DNA of 64,000 nucleotides from Psilocybe cubensis (Eukaryota): NCBI GenBank assembly GCA_017499595.2, contig CM039008.1, positions 186,001 to 250,000 of the forward strand, read 5' to 3'. Shown piece by piece: positions 48,324 to 61,799 of this stretch (position 1 is its first letter; each line of letters starts with the position of its first letter). The notes under the pieces were generated by a model. It saw only the letters and a program-made list of their open reading frames with translations, ran no database searches and was not told where the DNA came from. The position numbers and the translations under genes were made by a program.

Positions 48324-49323
48324 TTACTTGGCGCGCACAATCTTCAGCTGCAAGCTACTAGGGTCGCGGACAACATTCCAGGTGGATTCGTGAGGTAGTT
48401 TAGTAAGATCTTGGTTAAATAGCTCTTCCGTGGTTACGTCTCCTCTAAGTATCTCAGAGGCTGTATAATACAGATGATGTCAGTCAAACATTTTTCAATG
48501 ATCAAAATATATTGAACATTGATCGTACATTGGTAGTCGCTGACACCATAGATTTTCAGTACGGGGCTGAGTTTGACAGCCAGGTTACTGTCGACACTGA
48601 ATGACAGGAGCTGTAAGTGAACATGTCCAGAGCATATGAATACAATAAGAGTAACCTACGCGAGTCCGTTCCATTTGAAAATGGGTGAAACCGACTGATC
48701 TTTGCCAACAATTCCCTATTGAGTTGTCGTCAATAAATACACATGGTACAAGATATGCCGGGATGACGTACAAATGCGACATCCGCTGGCTTGGTAGATT
48801 GGATTTTGCATTGAATAAGCCCAGGGTACCTACTCCTGGCGCAGTAAGGTAGTTGTTTCCCTTGGTGTTGGTCATCAACGAGCATATCTCTCCACCCTGA
48901 ATGTATAGAATGAGACTGAGGGTATGCAAATTTGTCGTAGTTCGGTTCTCTCACCTGGCATTTCTGTACGTTGAGAGCAGACACGATGTTGGAATCATCT
49001 TCTTTCTGTAGGAAAGGTTACACGCTATAGAAACCACTGGATATTAGCAAAACGTGCCTGTGGGACCATAAAAGCTGTGTCGGCAGTATACAAAGCAACC
49101 GCGGTGCTGATATTGGAGGCACTGAACTGAAGGACCTCTGCCAAAACGAGGGTAAGCATCAAATTAGAAGAGCTGGGAGAGCCAACATACTCCAGCAAAC
49201 AGGGTACAGATCGGTATATAGTTCACCCAGTTTCGGAGGCTCGAACATGAGCATTAAGTCAATATCTTTTCCCAAGTTCTTCGAGACAAAAGTGAGCTTT
49301 CTGGCATTGCCTGTGATGGACAT
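48324..49323 (-). CDS. Unknown-function protein, family B copy 2
   Basis: MSITGNARKLTFVSKNLGKDIDLMLMFEPPKLGELYTDLYPVCW...GGEICSLMTNTKGNNYL...IQCKI...SPIFKW...LSPVLKIYGVSDYQ...LPHESTWNVVRDPSSLQLKIVRAK*. Confidence 0.8.
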
Positions 49324-50201
49324 TTTGAATGAGGGATAGCTAGGTAGCTTTACGGACAGTGGAGGTGTAGTTGATGATGTTTCTGGATGTCATTTCGCCA
49401 TTTTATAGGCATTAGTGGTGTGGCAAAGTCCTGGAGTGTTAGAATTATTATCAATTTCATACTCAGGAGAGGCATCCGGAGGATTAAACGCCCACACCCA
49501 TACGGAGATATCAAACTTTGGATCACAAAATGATCAGAATCAGGGGATCATTCTCACTCAGTCGCGGAGTTGACATTGAATGGGCCCTGATCATTTAAGG
49601 AGAGCGTCGGCGATTTGAAACGCCGAATGTACGCCTATAGGTGCGTTGATTGGTCAAAGGTAGAGTAGTGCATTGACACCGCAGTGTTGCTTGAGGTTGA
49701 AAACAACTACAACACGTTCGTCTTGAAGGAAAAACTTTTCCATTTCCGCGGCGAAGAGAGCTAACACGTACATCAAGTCAAAAACTTTAACTTTAATTAT
49801 GAAAATTCGAGCGCCTACGCAGTACTGTGATGCCGACATTAAGTTGATTATGGCGCGAATATTGGGCATCTTGACTGCTGGACGATGGCCCGATGCCACT
49901 TTGATGGGGTCTGTCTTGTTACCGAAAGTATTGGAATCATAGATTCATTTGGTGTCGATGAAAATCTGCGTCAACCATGAGATGGTACCAGTCAAAACGT
50001 TCTCGGAATCCACTATGTGGTATTACGTTCCTGAAGGCACGTCAGGCGTTATAGAATCGCCGAAGCGCCGTCTCCTTGCTATTGGATTTCATAAGTCTAC
50101 AAGCAACATAGTATACGCTAAAGGTAACCTATAAGAAGAGGAGGGCATAAGAGTGAGATCGTTATCCCAACTAACCACCGTCACCAACCTCATCCATCAA
50201 C

Positions 50202-51178
50202 ATGTCTGGAAACACTAGAACACTCGAATTCGAGTACTCAGATCTCACAAAGCCATACCAGCTAATGCTTATGTTCGAACCTATGGCCGAAGGGAAACTA
50301 TACACCGAGATGTTTCCTATCTGCTGGAGTAAGATGTTTTTATGTTGATGTTGAAAGTATTGCTTAACAGTTCTTGTAGAGGTTCTTAGGCTGAGCAAAG
50401 AAAATTCTGGAGTAGCTAAGGTCGTGTATACATCTCAAACTGGGCTCATGGTTCCACAGGTAAACTTATGGACGCATTCTGGGAAGAATAATGCATTCCT
50501 GACATTATTTACAGACCGATTGTGGAAACATGATTTGCGCTGGTAATGCGCGCCCATGCGAGGTAAGGCACTCGTCAGATTTCCAGCTATAAAACGTGAG
50601 CTAATATTACATTCTTAGACGGGACAAATTTGTACTTTAAAAACCGACAACGATGGAGACAACTATCTTGAGCAAGCGACAGCCGGCGCTGAGGGAATAA
50701 TCCAGTGCAAGGTCGAAAGTTCATTCCCTGCCACCGTTGCCTTTGTGTGTCACCGTCATTTTAAAAGAGCATTCAATTGCAACTAACACATATTATAGGG
50801 AATCTTTAACCAGAAAAAGACAGCGCTGGAGCCTTTGTTTACGTGGAAGGACATACCGTAAGCTAATCTGCACTTCAAATGCCATTAATAAACAACTTAC
50901 GTATTGCATCCAGGAAGGGAGACAGACTGTCAATTAAGGTCACCCCGGTTCTCAAAATCTATGCAGTTAGCAACTACCAAGGTTAGTTGGACTGAACTCT
51001 TGTAGACGGAAATAGAATTCTGAAAAACCTTTTGATAGAGACCGAGGTTGTCAAATCTGACGTATTCAGTGATTCCTTGTTTAAAGAGAACATACTCACT
51101 CTTCCCAGTCTCTCAAGGTGGACTGTGTCTGTGGATAATAATACCAAGGCTATTAAAATCACTCGTGCTGATAAGTAG
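50202..51178 (+). CDS. Unknown-function protein, family B copy 3
   Basis: MSGNTRTLEFEYSDLTKPYQLMLMFEPMAEGKLYTEMFPICW...TGQICTLKTDNDGDNYL...IQCKV...LEPLFTWKDIP...VTPVLKIYAVSNYQ...LPSLSRWTVSVDNNTKAIKITRADK*. Confidence 0.8.
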
Positions 51179-52472
51179 GCGATTTACATGTCCCACGACG
51201 TTGGATAAATCTCGTCGTTAAATAGTCCCTTTGAATATTATACCGCTTTTATTCTATTCTACTCCAGTTTACTCCGCGTGATTGTCTGATAAGTAAAATC
51301 AGCTCTTTTTCATACTGTTTTCCACCTCCGTGGCACAACTTGACTCTATAAATTGCTTGTATCTACTTTTTGTTTGTATCCATTGTACTCCATTTCAAAT
51401 CCCGTATTGAAATGGTGCATAAGTCTGAGATTACCATGCAATCGATATTTCACGTTACATTAATTGTGTAACACAATATTTACGACTAGGCAAAAGTAAA
51501 TTCCCTTTTCATATCCCGTGGAATCACAATGACATCAAGTTAAATTTCATCAAGAAGCTGAGGCTCAAAGACAACCTGGAGCGGTGGCACGCGGTGCTTC
51601 CCTCGCTTACCCTGCAAGGTAAATTCTGTATGCCCAATATCAGTTACATCGGCGTTATTCCCAATGAACTACTCGCACCTGTCGCCGACATCGTTCCTGA
51701 AATGAAGATTCCTACACAAGCAATTATTTGTTTTAGGTCACCTCATCACACCCCTCACCGGCGATTCCGTATCCCGACTTCAAAGACATAAGGTACACAA
51801 AGGTACACTGTGCGCGTTTACCCGAAAAGGACAATGGAGAAACAAGTTCAAGGTACAGTGCGGTTTGATCCGGTGATATAGTTTTACGAGCGCCTACTTG
51901 AGACTGGGGAGTGTTTATGGTTTGTTTGCGTCCGGCGTCGGTATGCTCCGACGTAGAGTGTACGTACGTGTGTACCTGTTTGGGTGATGAAGCATACACT
52001 TCAGCATCTTGACATTGTCACGGTGAGTTCTCGCCATCAGTTCAATGATGGGAACAGTCGGTACGTACACTGAGGACTCACCTCTGATCTGCAAAATGTG
52101 GCGTTAACTTCCATCGGCACAGAGATCTTCCAAAAAAAGCCACCTGTCATAAGCAATAGCTTCACTCTTCAGAGGCCATCAGGCAAGGTACCAACCATTA
52201 TGGGAAACTTTTGAGCTCAACGGTGTCCCGTTGACGCTGACTTCATCCCGACAGCGGAGCAACGTGTATTACAGGCATTGTTATATCGCCGTACATACAA
52301 AAATTAGATCTGTCGCTCGACGGTACTCCAAGTTTTAATTTGAAATCTCGTAATAATGCAGTACAAGTATGCTATAAAACAAGGATATTCGTGAGGGTGT
52401 TCAAACATTCTTCAGAACCACTCACACTCCTAGTTTCACACCTACACTTGCATAGTATTTAAATTTTCAACA

Positions 52473-53512
52473 ATGTCCACACCCGGAACAGTAGGAAACA
52501 CAAGAAAGCTCAACTTCATGAGCAACCAGCTGTCCAAAGACGTGACTCTGGTATTCATGTTCGAACCCCTGACAAAGGGGAAGCTGTTCTCGGACATTTT
52601 CCCAGTCTGCTGGAGTAAGTGGCGTTTTATTTTCTTTGGTTCAAGTGCTGAATCTGGTGCCGGGTGAACTTAGAGGTCATGAAGTTCCGGGCGGGTTCCA
52701 TTGACAACGGCCTTGCGATGTACACGGCGGATACTGGATTTTTGATCCCACAGGTATTGTGCATTTTTCTTCGCATCATATTTGTACGAATGCTGATCGA
52801 AATCGGCGGACGATGAATATCAGGTTGATAGCGGAAACATCGTGTTCTCCAGCAGTGCCCGCCGCTGTCAAGTAATTAATACTTTCCTTTTACTCAGAAA
52901 GAGTATTACACTGACAATGGACATGTAGAGCGGGCAGGTCTGCGAGCTTGTGACAGAAGACGGAGATAACTTCCTCAAAGCCCCTGTCAAAGCTGAAAAT
53001 GCAGACAATATTGTGCAATGTAAAGTCAAGACCGACTTTCCTGCCACGCTTGGATTTGTACGTAGGCATAACTGCAGTTTGCGTGTCTTTGAAATGACGT
53101 GTATGTGCATGTGCATTTCAGGGAATATTCGACAAGTCTGGGACCCGGATGGAACCTATCTTTACATGGACGGATATTCCGTATGTTATTCTCTACAGAT
53201 ATTATCCATCATGCACTCTAACCAGTGCGACAACGTATTAGAAAAGGTGATACTCTTTCGCTGGCACTTACACCGAAACTTAAAATTTACGCTGTCACCG
53301 ACATCAAAGGTGAGTTATTAAGTCTTTCATCTGTATTGTCTGTGAAGCGACTTATTCAACTCTTTATAGTAAACCAAGTGCTCAAGGGAGAAGTGCAGAG
53401 CCCGAAGCTCTTCGAAGAGAATTTGATTGAGCTTCCTCCGTTGTCGAAATGGGAGGTGTACATTGAGGAGAACACAAATGCCGTTCGGATCAGAAGTGCA
53501 ACGAGCTCCTAG
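52473..53512 (+). CDS. Unknown-function protein, family B copy 4
   Basis: MSTPGTVGNTRKLNFMSNQLSKDVTLVFMFEPLTKGKLFSDIFPVCW...SGQVCELVTEDGDNFL...VQCKV...MEPIFTWTDIP...LTPKLKIYAVTDIK...LPPLSKWEVYIEENTNAVRIRSATSS*. Confidence 0.8.
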
Positions 53513-54258
53513 GTGTTGCGCTCGTAGTTGGTAATACTCCCTACCTTCTGTCGTTGACGTTGGCGATACGCCCGTCGTTAAATCTTGAAAAATATCTATT
53601 TCATTATACGCAATGACTGTTTTGTGGTGTGGGTGCGAGGGTGTGCATGGAATCTGCAGGAACAATTTTGAATCGCGAAGCCAGTTGAGGATTAGGAATC
53701 GATTGAATTGGTTGCGTCGAATCCGTCGATGCCTAGTAAGCGAAATCGACAGAGTACTTCTTCTTGTAATTAGTGAGGCCAATCTTCGCATAGAGTTTCC
53801 AATCAGTTGGTATCAATGGAAAGACTTGTTAAAAATTGATACAAAACAAACTGATGACCATCTCCTTCAATCAATCTTGTCGATGTTAAACAGATAAGAT
53901 TCGACGGCACAAAGAGGATGTTGTTATATTTGACCATAAGGTAGGAGCTACAGATAACTGAATTGGAGTCATAATATGTTCAATCACTAAGGAAAATTAC
54001 CTCCTCACAAGTTAAGATACACAGAATTGCCAGAAGATGAAATTGACGTCAACAAATTAGATCCGTCAAAGCGGAGTCTAAACGTACTGTTATTTAATAA
54101 TATTTACTTAGTTACGTGAGAGTTAGTACGTAAGCATATTACTCTTTTAGGCTTTCAGTGTCGTCACGCTCTCCTCGCTGTGCACTTCATCATTGTTCTT
54201 TGCTTTTAACCACAACAATCGTCAGGAACAGCTCTCGGCGATACAAACAATTGGTATA

Positions 54259-55403
54259 ATGGACAACGCCGAATCTCCTACAGCGATGTTTGACGCGTAC
54301 GAGCTGGATTTTCGGCACATCATCAGTAGCATCTCGGCGAAGCTCGAGGGGCCCGCTGCGAACGGTGCGCAGGTCGGCGGTGAGGCTTCGTATTCAGATA
54401 TACTACAGAGTTTCTGACAATCTATTGGCTTTCTTTCAATGTACTGCGTGTGTTGTCAATGTGGTATTTAGAGCAGCGCAAGGCGGCACTTAGGAAAGTC
54501 GAGGTTGAGCTGGACGAAGCAGACGATATAGTGCGTCTTACATGTCACCTACTTTTTGTTTTCTGTGCTCAACTATGACACACAGATATCCCAACTCGAG
54601 ATCGAAATCCAAGGGATCCCCCAATCCCTCAAACCGCCCTTCCAAGCCCGACTCAAAGCCGCCAAAGCCGACCTGACACGCTACAAGCGGCTCTCAAAGG
54701 AGCAACATGCGCACGCAGCACGCGGCGAGCTTCTCTCGCGGTCCTCCCCGGGCCCTGGAAGGTACACGGACGCAGCGACGTCGGATGACCCGTACGGCGA
54801 GCGTGCGCGGCTCTTGCAGGGCACAGAGACGCTGGACGAAGGTAGCCGGAGGATCAAGAGCAGTACGGGTGTTGCGCTTGAGACGGAGGCGTATGGTGCG
54901 GATATTTTGAGGAGCTTGAGGGGGCAGAGGGAGCAGATTGAGAATTCGCGGAATTTGGTGGGTGGTTTCATCAATGTTTTTTCTTCTAGGCTTGGTTTGG
55001 TTCAATTCAATTGGACTTGCGCTGACCTGGGGTATGTGCACTTTGTAGCTTGGTACAGCGGACACCAATATCGAGAGGGCCTCGGGGACATTGAAGAAGA
55101 TGATCAGGCAGTGAGTCCCGTTCCACTCAGCTTTTTTGTTGTTTCTGTTTCGTTTGCTCTTTGTTCCGTCCATAAACTTGCTCTCCTGTTCCTTGTTGTA
55201 TTCAATGTTTACATACCCTCTTCGACTTTTTTGACTCGCATCAAACTTTGTTTAATTATCACCTCGAATCCGCCTGACACTTTGACTCACCCTTCACTTT
55301 TGATTACAGAATGTACAAGCAGCGTGTCCTGCTCAGCGTGATCGGCGTATTCTTCATCATACTTGTGTTGGTCATCCTGTATTTCAAGATTTTCAGGCAT
55401 TGA
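54259..55403 (+). CDS. VTI1: Vesicle transport Qb-SNARE Vti1 (multi-exon)
   Basis: MFDAYELDF...EQRKAALRKVEVELDEADDI|ISQLEIEIQGIP...ERARLLQGTETLDEGSRRI...ALETEAYGADILRSLRGQREQIENSR...ADTNIERASGTLKKMIRQ|MYKQR plus a C-terminal transmembrane helix. Confidence 0.92.
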
Positions 55404-57144
55404 ATTTGGGGTCATTGACATTGGTTTTTCGGCACTGAGCGTTGGTCGTCGGTCGGGCTCATCAAACCTAACTTTCGGCTTCAGACGTTCGAAGGGGCTC
55501 GGTGAGTGAGGAGGAAGTGTGAAGGACAGTTGTTTCGTTGCACACGATACCCCTACGTTCAGGGAGCTTTTTTGATATTTATGCTTTTGCTTTTACTTTG
55601 CACATCCCACCTCTACAATGCATCCACAACATATGCACATGCACATCCTCCATGCATCCTTATCCTCAATTCACTATTGCCATTCTTTCGCATCCTCGTT
55701 CGCATTCACATTCGTATTCGTATTTTCACGGACACCTTCGGACGAGGAGGAAGTTGTACTCTTCCTACCGTTCACATGGACTCTTTTCGAATTCTTATTG
55801 CTTGTTATTGCTGTTGTTGTAATTTATGCTCTTGTCATTCGGACACTCACACAGATACAGAAAATGGCGCGGGAGCGGATGTCCTTCGGAAGGTCAGGTA
55901 GGGAAGATGTAGACATACCTAAATGCTCTTTTGTCCACCAGTGGACATTTCTTTTTGCTCTCTAATTTTCCCGCTGTTCTCTTTTTTGTGCTCTATTTCA
56001 TTGTTTCTGCACACTTCATCTTTTCCCTGCCCTTCCGAGTTCCTCCAACAATCTCATTCCCATCGGCATCGATATTCTCATGGTTGATTTCTGTGTCTGT
56101 CATTTTATCATCCCAAACCTCCATGGCTCCCAGTCCCAATGTTCACTCTGGTACGCCAGCTAACTGTTAGGGTTCGCAGACTCATTCCCAGAGGAGAGAT
56201 CTCTGTTAACCAGAAGATCTTGATGATATATTGAGCTATCGAGCGTCGAATGTGGATTGTGGATTTGCTAGGTAGTGTTGTAAGCATGCACCGCACTCGC
56301 TCAGGCAAGAAATGTTGCATCCATCTCGTTGGTAGACACACACGCGCTCACGAGGCCTGCCGATGTGGAAGGCCTCAGTGATGAAACATATTCTCTGACC
56401 TGAAGCTCATTGGATCAAACAAAGTTGACAACATGTTCACAATGTAGGATGGAGCTTACTATACAAGTTCTTTCACAATTGCATAAAAGAGGAAGGGGGC
56501 GTACCATGCGCTGCGCTGCGTGTTATCAAATTCCATCGAGAACGACAGTAAATTTTGCAAGGGACGATATGCGGCATATCACGAACCCTGAAGGTGGTCA
56601 AAAAGATGGTAGAATTATTATCGAGTAGTGGATTTGAAACAATGGTTTGTAGGGTGCTATAAAGTTCGATTTTGGAATGCAAAAGTTGAATGGAAATGGC
56701 TGGGTATATATACAAAAATTGGACAATGAAATAGCTACGCTCTCGGACAGTCTTTTATAGTCCTCGATGGCACACAAAGCTATGGAGTAGTACGAAACAT
56801 GCAGAGATTCCACTGGATGTGGCCCATCTAATTTCCGTCTGGGATTATTCGACCATTGAGAACACGTAAATTAAATTAAATTGAGGTTAGAACGAAATCG
56901 TTAGACCGTGTGGCCGGCCTCCATGACGAGTCATCATGAAAGGCTGCATCATTTTTCCCCATTATTTCAAGTCTACCGCATCGACAACATGTTCGAAGTC
57001 AAGTTGATGATTGTAATTGTATGATTGTTAAGTCCACGTTCTCACGCTCATCACTCAAAACAACGAGATAAGATAAATAAAATGTATAATCTAATCAGCC
57101 TCAATCGATCTAGTCGATGGACTGATAAGATACTAATTCTGCAA

Positions 57145-58259
57145 TCATCGCCTTCGCCTCCTACTTCGCCCTACACCGGCGGTGCGCTGGGAGTAAATCT
57201 CCTCCCGGGTCCTATAGAAAGGGTCTTTATCGCTTCTATGACCCTGGATTTTTCGCGGCCGCTGTTCTGTCTCCCCACTATCGCCATCTCCAGTTGAAGA
57301 GAGCCGTTCAACCGTTGTGGGCAACTCTTCACGGATCCTTTCACCCTTCGTCCTCGACTCCCTTGCAAGAAAAAGTGTCAGTACCATGATATTGAGAGAT
57401 AGAAATCCACAAAATACCTTCCATCATCGCTTGGGTTTGGTGCCGTTAGAGGCATCTGCTCAACGGGAATATCATACCCGGAGCCGTGCCCGTGGTGATG
57501 TTCTCGGTGCTGAGAAGTAATAATTTGTGAATTTTCTGTCTCTCCGGATGGACGACAGACATTATTTGCATGCCTTTTATCACCATTTCTCGGTACAGCT
57601 ATCCTGGAAGGCTTGTTCATCACATTGTACGGGTGATATCTGTCTGATGGAACTCCCGCCGCCCGGCTCCTCATCGCGCCCTGGGAATGTTTATCACGGT
57701 AATGGGGTAGGGTGCGAATGAGAAGAATAGGATCTATGGTTCCTGTGGCTAGGCTATGCAAGATACGAGTGTCCATAATCTCTGACTCATCCGCTACTGG
57801 ACCTGAGAATGCGGAAGGCAGATTTATAGAGTGGGCACCATCTTCGGATACACCTTCAAGGTCTTGACGGCCGCCAATCACCCGCACATCTGCGGATGAA
57901 CGATTGGGACTTGTAAATCCCATGTTGTGCACTGACGAACGGATGACACTTGTGGATTCGACGTTGGGAACCGCCGTTCCACCGTCCACGTTATGGTTTT
58001 GGTACCTCGCATAGTATATGTCCAGAAGGTCCCGTGGGGTAGGAGCCACTAACGACAAAATGCCTGGCCAAGGTCGGGAGTGATAGGATGACAACGATGG
58101 CGCCTGTGGTGCTACTCCAGATTCTATGGCACCAGCACGGTATGAGTTCCCAGCGGGTTGAATTGCTTGGGGAGTGCTAATGGGAACATTTCGGGGAGTG
58201 CTAATGGGAACATTTCGGGGATTGCTAATATGAAAGATGTTGACGTTGAATGTAGACAT
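57145..58259 (-). CDS. Hypothetical disordered protein; 3' exon uncertain
   Basis: ATG-initiated 293-aa ORF with an NVPISTP tandem repeat and an RYHPY motif; a probable second exon lies at ~57145-57370. No recognisable domain. Confidence 0.45.
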
Positions 58260-60664
58260 TGAGTGCTCGTAAAGTGATAGGACGAAGTTCAGGAAAGAGG
58301 TAAGGCGATGGGTGTCTGGGAATTAGATACCATTGTTCATTTCATGTTATAGGTCCAGAAGCTCCTGCTTAACACGTTCTTTCCATCAAGTGGCAGTGGC
58401 GGGTGTGAATTATAGACTGCAATAGGTCGCATGTCCTAACCTCAAGGCACGGAATTCAAGTTCCGTGGAAAAGAAAATACACGTCATTTTAGCCGCTGCA
58501 TTCTGTCCGGTGATTAGTTATTACCCTAATCCTTCCTAAATAATACTTCACTCGACAAAGGAGTAACTGAACACGTTCAAGCCGCGATGTGTAAAGTGAA
58601 ATGAAAGGTATGACGTTCATGTCACCGGCACCGTGAGTAGAGGCTACTATTCGCAAGCAATCCGCAGTACAAACTCACTGCTTATATGTGTATCTGAGGT
58701 GTGAACAGGACATTCAGGGACCGAATGGATTATATGTTTACTGCAATGTGGTCCGAACGATTGGAATATTTTTATACCTTGAAACCAAACCGGTAGGAGC
58801 GCCTAACGTGTTACGACATGTTTTCCCACTTAGGCTCAAATCTACTCATATGCTGAAACCCCCTCGTTGAGGTTAAAGCTGGAGAATTCAGGCTTGAAAC
58901 TTGGCTTGATGTATTGGTGGGGGCCATGTGCACCTTTAGATCGATGCCAAAGTGTCACAGCTAACTCAAACCCTGATATGTATGTTAAGACACCTCTCAC
59001 AGGTACCAAATTGTTATGGATCAAATGTTCATGATAATTTACAAGCGCCCAAGGACGAGTGTCAAGAGGTGAGTAAAGAATGGATTACTTGGACAAAGTG
59101 CATTAAAGGATGTAGAAGAGATATGCTAGATTAAATGACACTGCCTTTTGGATGACCTACTCAGATATCCACGACCATTTCGTTGGACAAAATGGATATC
59201 ACACAAGCTTTTTAATACATAAGAAACTTATTCGCTAAGAACATCATCAAAAAGAGACAAACTTGAACCTTTCGTTTATTTTTAATCAGTTCACTCATTG
59301 GTGGCAAGCACTATGTAAAAAATTTAATGGATTCCCTCTGAGCCTTTCCTTGCCATATCAATGAGCACCCCCTCTGTATCACCATGCTACCTAATTGTAT
59401 ATGTATATAACTATATGAAAGGCATTCAATAACTGGAGAGACCCTATTCATTAGGTTCGCAGTAGTCGTTGCATGGTTCAATCTACAGAGGGTGACAACG
59501 TGCGACATGAGCAGTAGGTTTCCTCATCAAATGTGATGAGACCGTTGATGTTCCACGTCTCCTCGATATCTCATACCGCTGGTATGATCATAGCCTTGTC
59601 GTAGGGAAGGGGTTTCCAGAACCCAACCGCGTTGGGGGCGGCGCAGTTTGGCAGAGCGGGTCTGTGTGGTGATTAATTACAAAATGATTACGGAGGATTA
59701 CGGTATGACGTACCATGCGTCCTGCACTGTGTGATATCAAATTCCATCGAGAATGAAAAGCATGCCTTTTAGAAAGCTCTCGTGTTGTGGAGTACGATCG
59801 CCAAAGGCGGTCGGTAGTAACATGGCGGCAATGCCAGAGAAGGTGTATTTGTCAGGTTCTGAAGTTCAAATAGCTTGGAGGGCGATATAAGGCTCAAATT
59901 TGGGATGGGAGATGTCCATGAAAAAATTGCGGGATATTTATATTATTCGAGTCATGCGTGGCACGATGCTAACAATTTCAATGCCGGTGGCCCATGTGCA
60001 TTACTTCCAAATTGTTCCATCGACCATTGAAAATTTTCAGTTACTGGTGGCCTTTTTTCGTCGTGACGGAGTAGGCCTCCAGGGTCTGCATCCACCCTTT
60101 AAGCCCGTCTGGCGAGTTCCCGTGGCAGTGTCAAAACAACAGAAAAGTGGCCCTAATACATTCCTTATTATGATAGACACACTGGTCTAAACCCGACTAA
60201 CAGGCCCCAGATCCTCCTGAAATGTTAATTTTGAAGTTATATGTAAATCAAATTTGATGGGGCCAGTGCAAACTTAAATGACCAAGAGGCCGCATATCTG
60301 AACAGTAATTCAATAAGTCTACGAATTAGTCACGCAAATCATGAAGTCGCCTCAGGGAAAAATACAACAAAAGGCCAAACAAAATGTTACTAGAGTAGGT
60401 AAAACTGCCGTGACGACCAACTCGAATGTTCTTCATCATTTTGTTGAACTACATATACTCGACCAAACTTGTTTGCTAGCGTGGCCGTTGAATTAAATCA
60501 AATTGACAACCTACTTACACAGCAGGATGAAACTGTACCGCAAACCATTGAAGTTCGTTTTCAAGGTATAATCAAACAGAAGTAAACTCACTCCCCCAAT
60601 TTTCTGGACATTCTCATACATATATATTCACCTGTAATTGCACCAAAATTCATGTTTATTTTAC

Positions 60665-61799
60665 GGGCAACAAGAAATGTCAGTGCATGTCAGTGCATGT
60701 AAGTGCACGTCGGCACTGACATGCGCTGACAATATAATGTCTATGCACTGACATGCACTGACATCACTTAGGATTTGTGAAAAAGTTGAAGTCTGTACTT
60801 ATATAAAATGAAACTGTGTTCAGTGCAGGATTACTTAGACGGATTTTGAATGTATTATAAGTGTCTAGAAATCTACTATCCTCCTAGAATTATCTCTATA
60901 CTGAATACCAAGAGTTGATGCACTGACACATGCACTGACCGCCAAGCAATTGCACTGACTTTGCACTGACATGCACTGACGGTGCACTTACATGCACTGA
61001 CGGTGCACTCACATGCACTGACATACACTGACCTTCATTAATGGTGCACTGACGATGCACTGACATAGTTTTTACCTTATAATCATGTTATCTTTTATTT
61101 CAAATGAAGAACACAATTTTAGGTAAGTAGACTGTATGAGTTTCCTCTGGTCCATCAGCTGTTCCCAAGACCCGCCTTGACTAGGGTGCTTCAATGGGAC
61201 TTTGTAATTCCCTTTCCCTTTCAGCTGTGACATGGGGACATTGAAATACTTACTAGAAATCCGCACCCCAAGCCAAGGCCAATACCAAAGCATTATTGCG
61301 CCTGCAGCCAAGGATGATCCCAAATCATTGTCAAACAGGATCAGTTATACACTGGAATACTCTGAGGCGCCTAATTAATGATTCCAATACAATTCATTCA
61401 TTCTTCCCACATCTATGCTTGATTTAGTACACCAGATTGTTACTTGAAAATGTAGAGAATATATATTTACTTCTATATCTTGTTATTTAGCTATGCCTGA
61501 CCCAGAAACTCCGAGACCGTATGCTTTAATCATCCCCAAGTTAACTTTCTCACGGCCCCAATTTAACAAGTTCAAATTTTGCCACCACACCATCACGATG
61601 AACTAACCAATGCACTAACATAACCCTGCACGCACAGGCATGTACTGACACACCATGACCAACTTATAGATTATTGGAAACATGCACTGACATTGCACTG
61701 ACATCACTGCAGTCTGCACTGACATTGCACTGACATTACTGTGGTATGCACTGACATGCACTGACCGCACTGACATTGCACTGACATTTTCCAGTGCCC
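60665..61799. mobile_element. 1.1-kb non-autonomous Mutator-like/foldback element with 9-bp TSD
   Basis: Imperfect TIR GGGCA.....AAATGTCAGTGCA at both ends; exact 9-bp TSD TTATTTTAC (60656-60664, 61800-61808); more than 20 copies of a TGCACTGACA-like decamer. Confidence 0.85.

Noticed and set aside
55618..55965. 115-aa ORF with a hydrophobic stretch downstream of VTI1
   Set aside because: Low-complexity T-rich sequence with no homology evidence; it may be UTR or intergenic DNA.
60665..61799. Short repeats with variable spacing that superficially resemble a CRISPR array
   Set aside because: The units are about 10 bp, mostly abutting, with no unique regular spacers and no cas genes; the context is eukaryotic and the TIR plus TSD explain it as a transposon.
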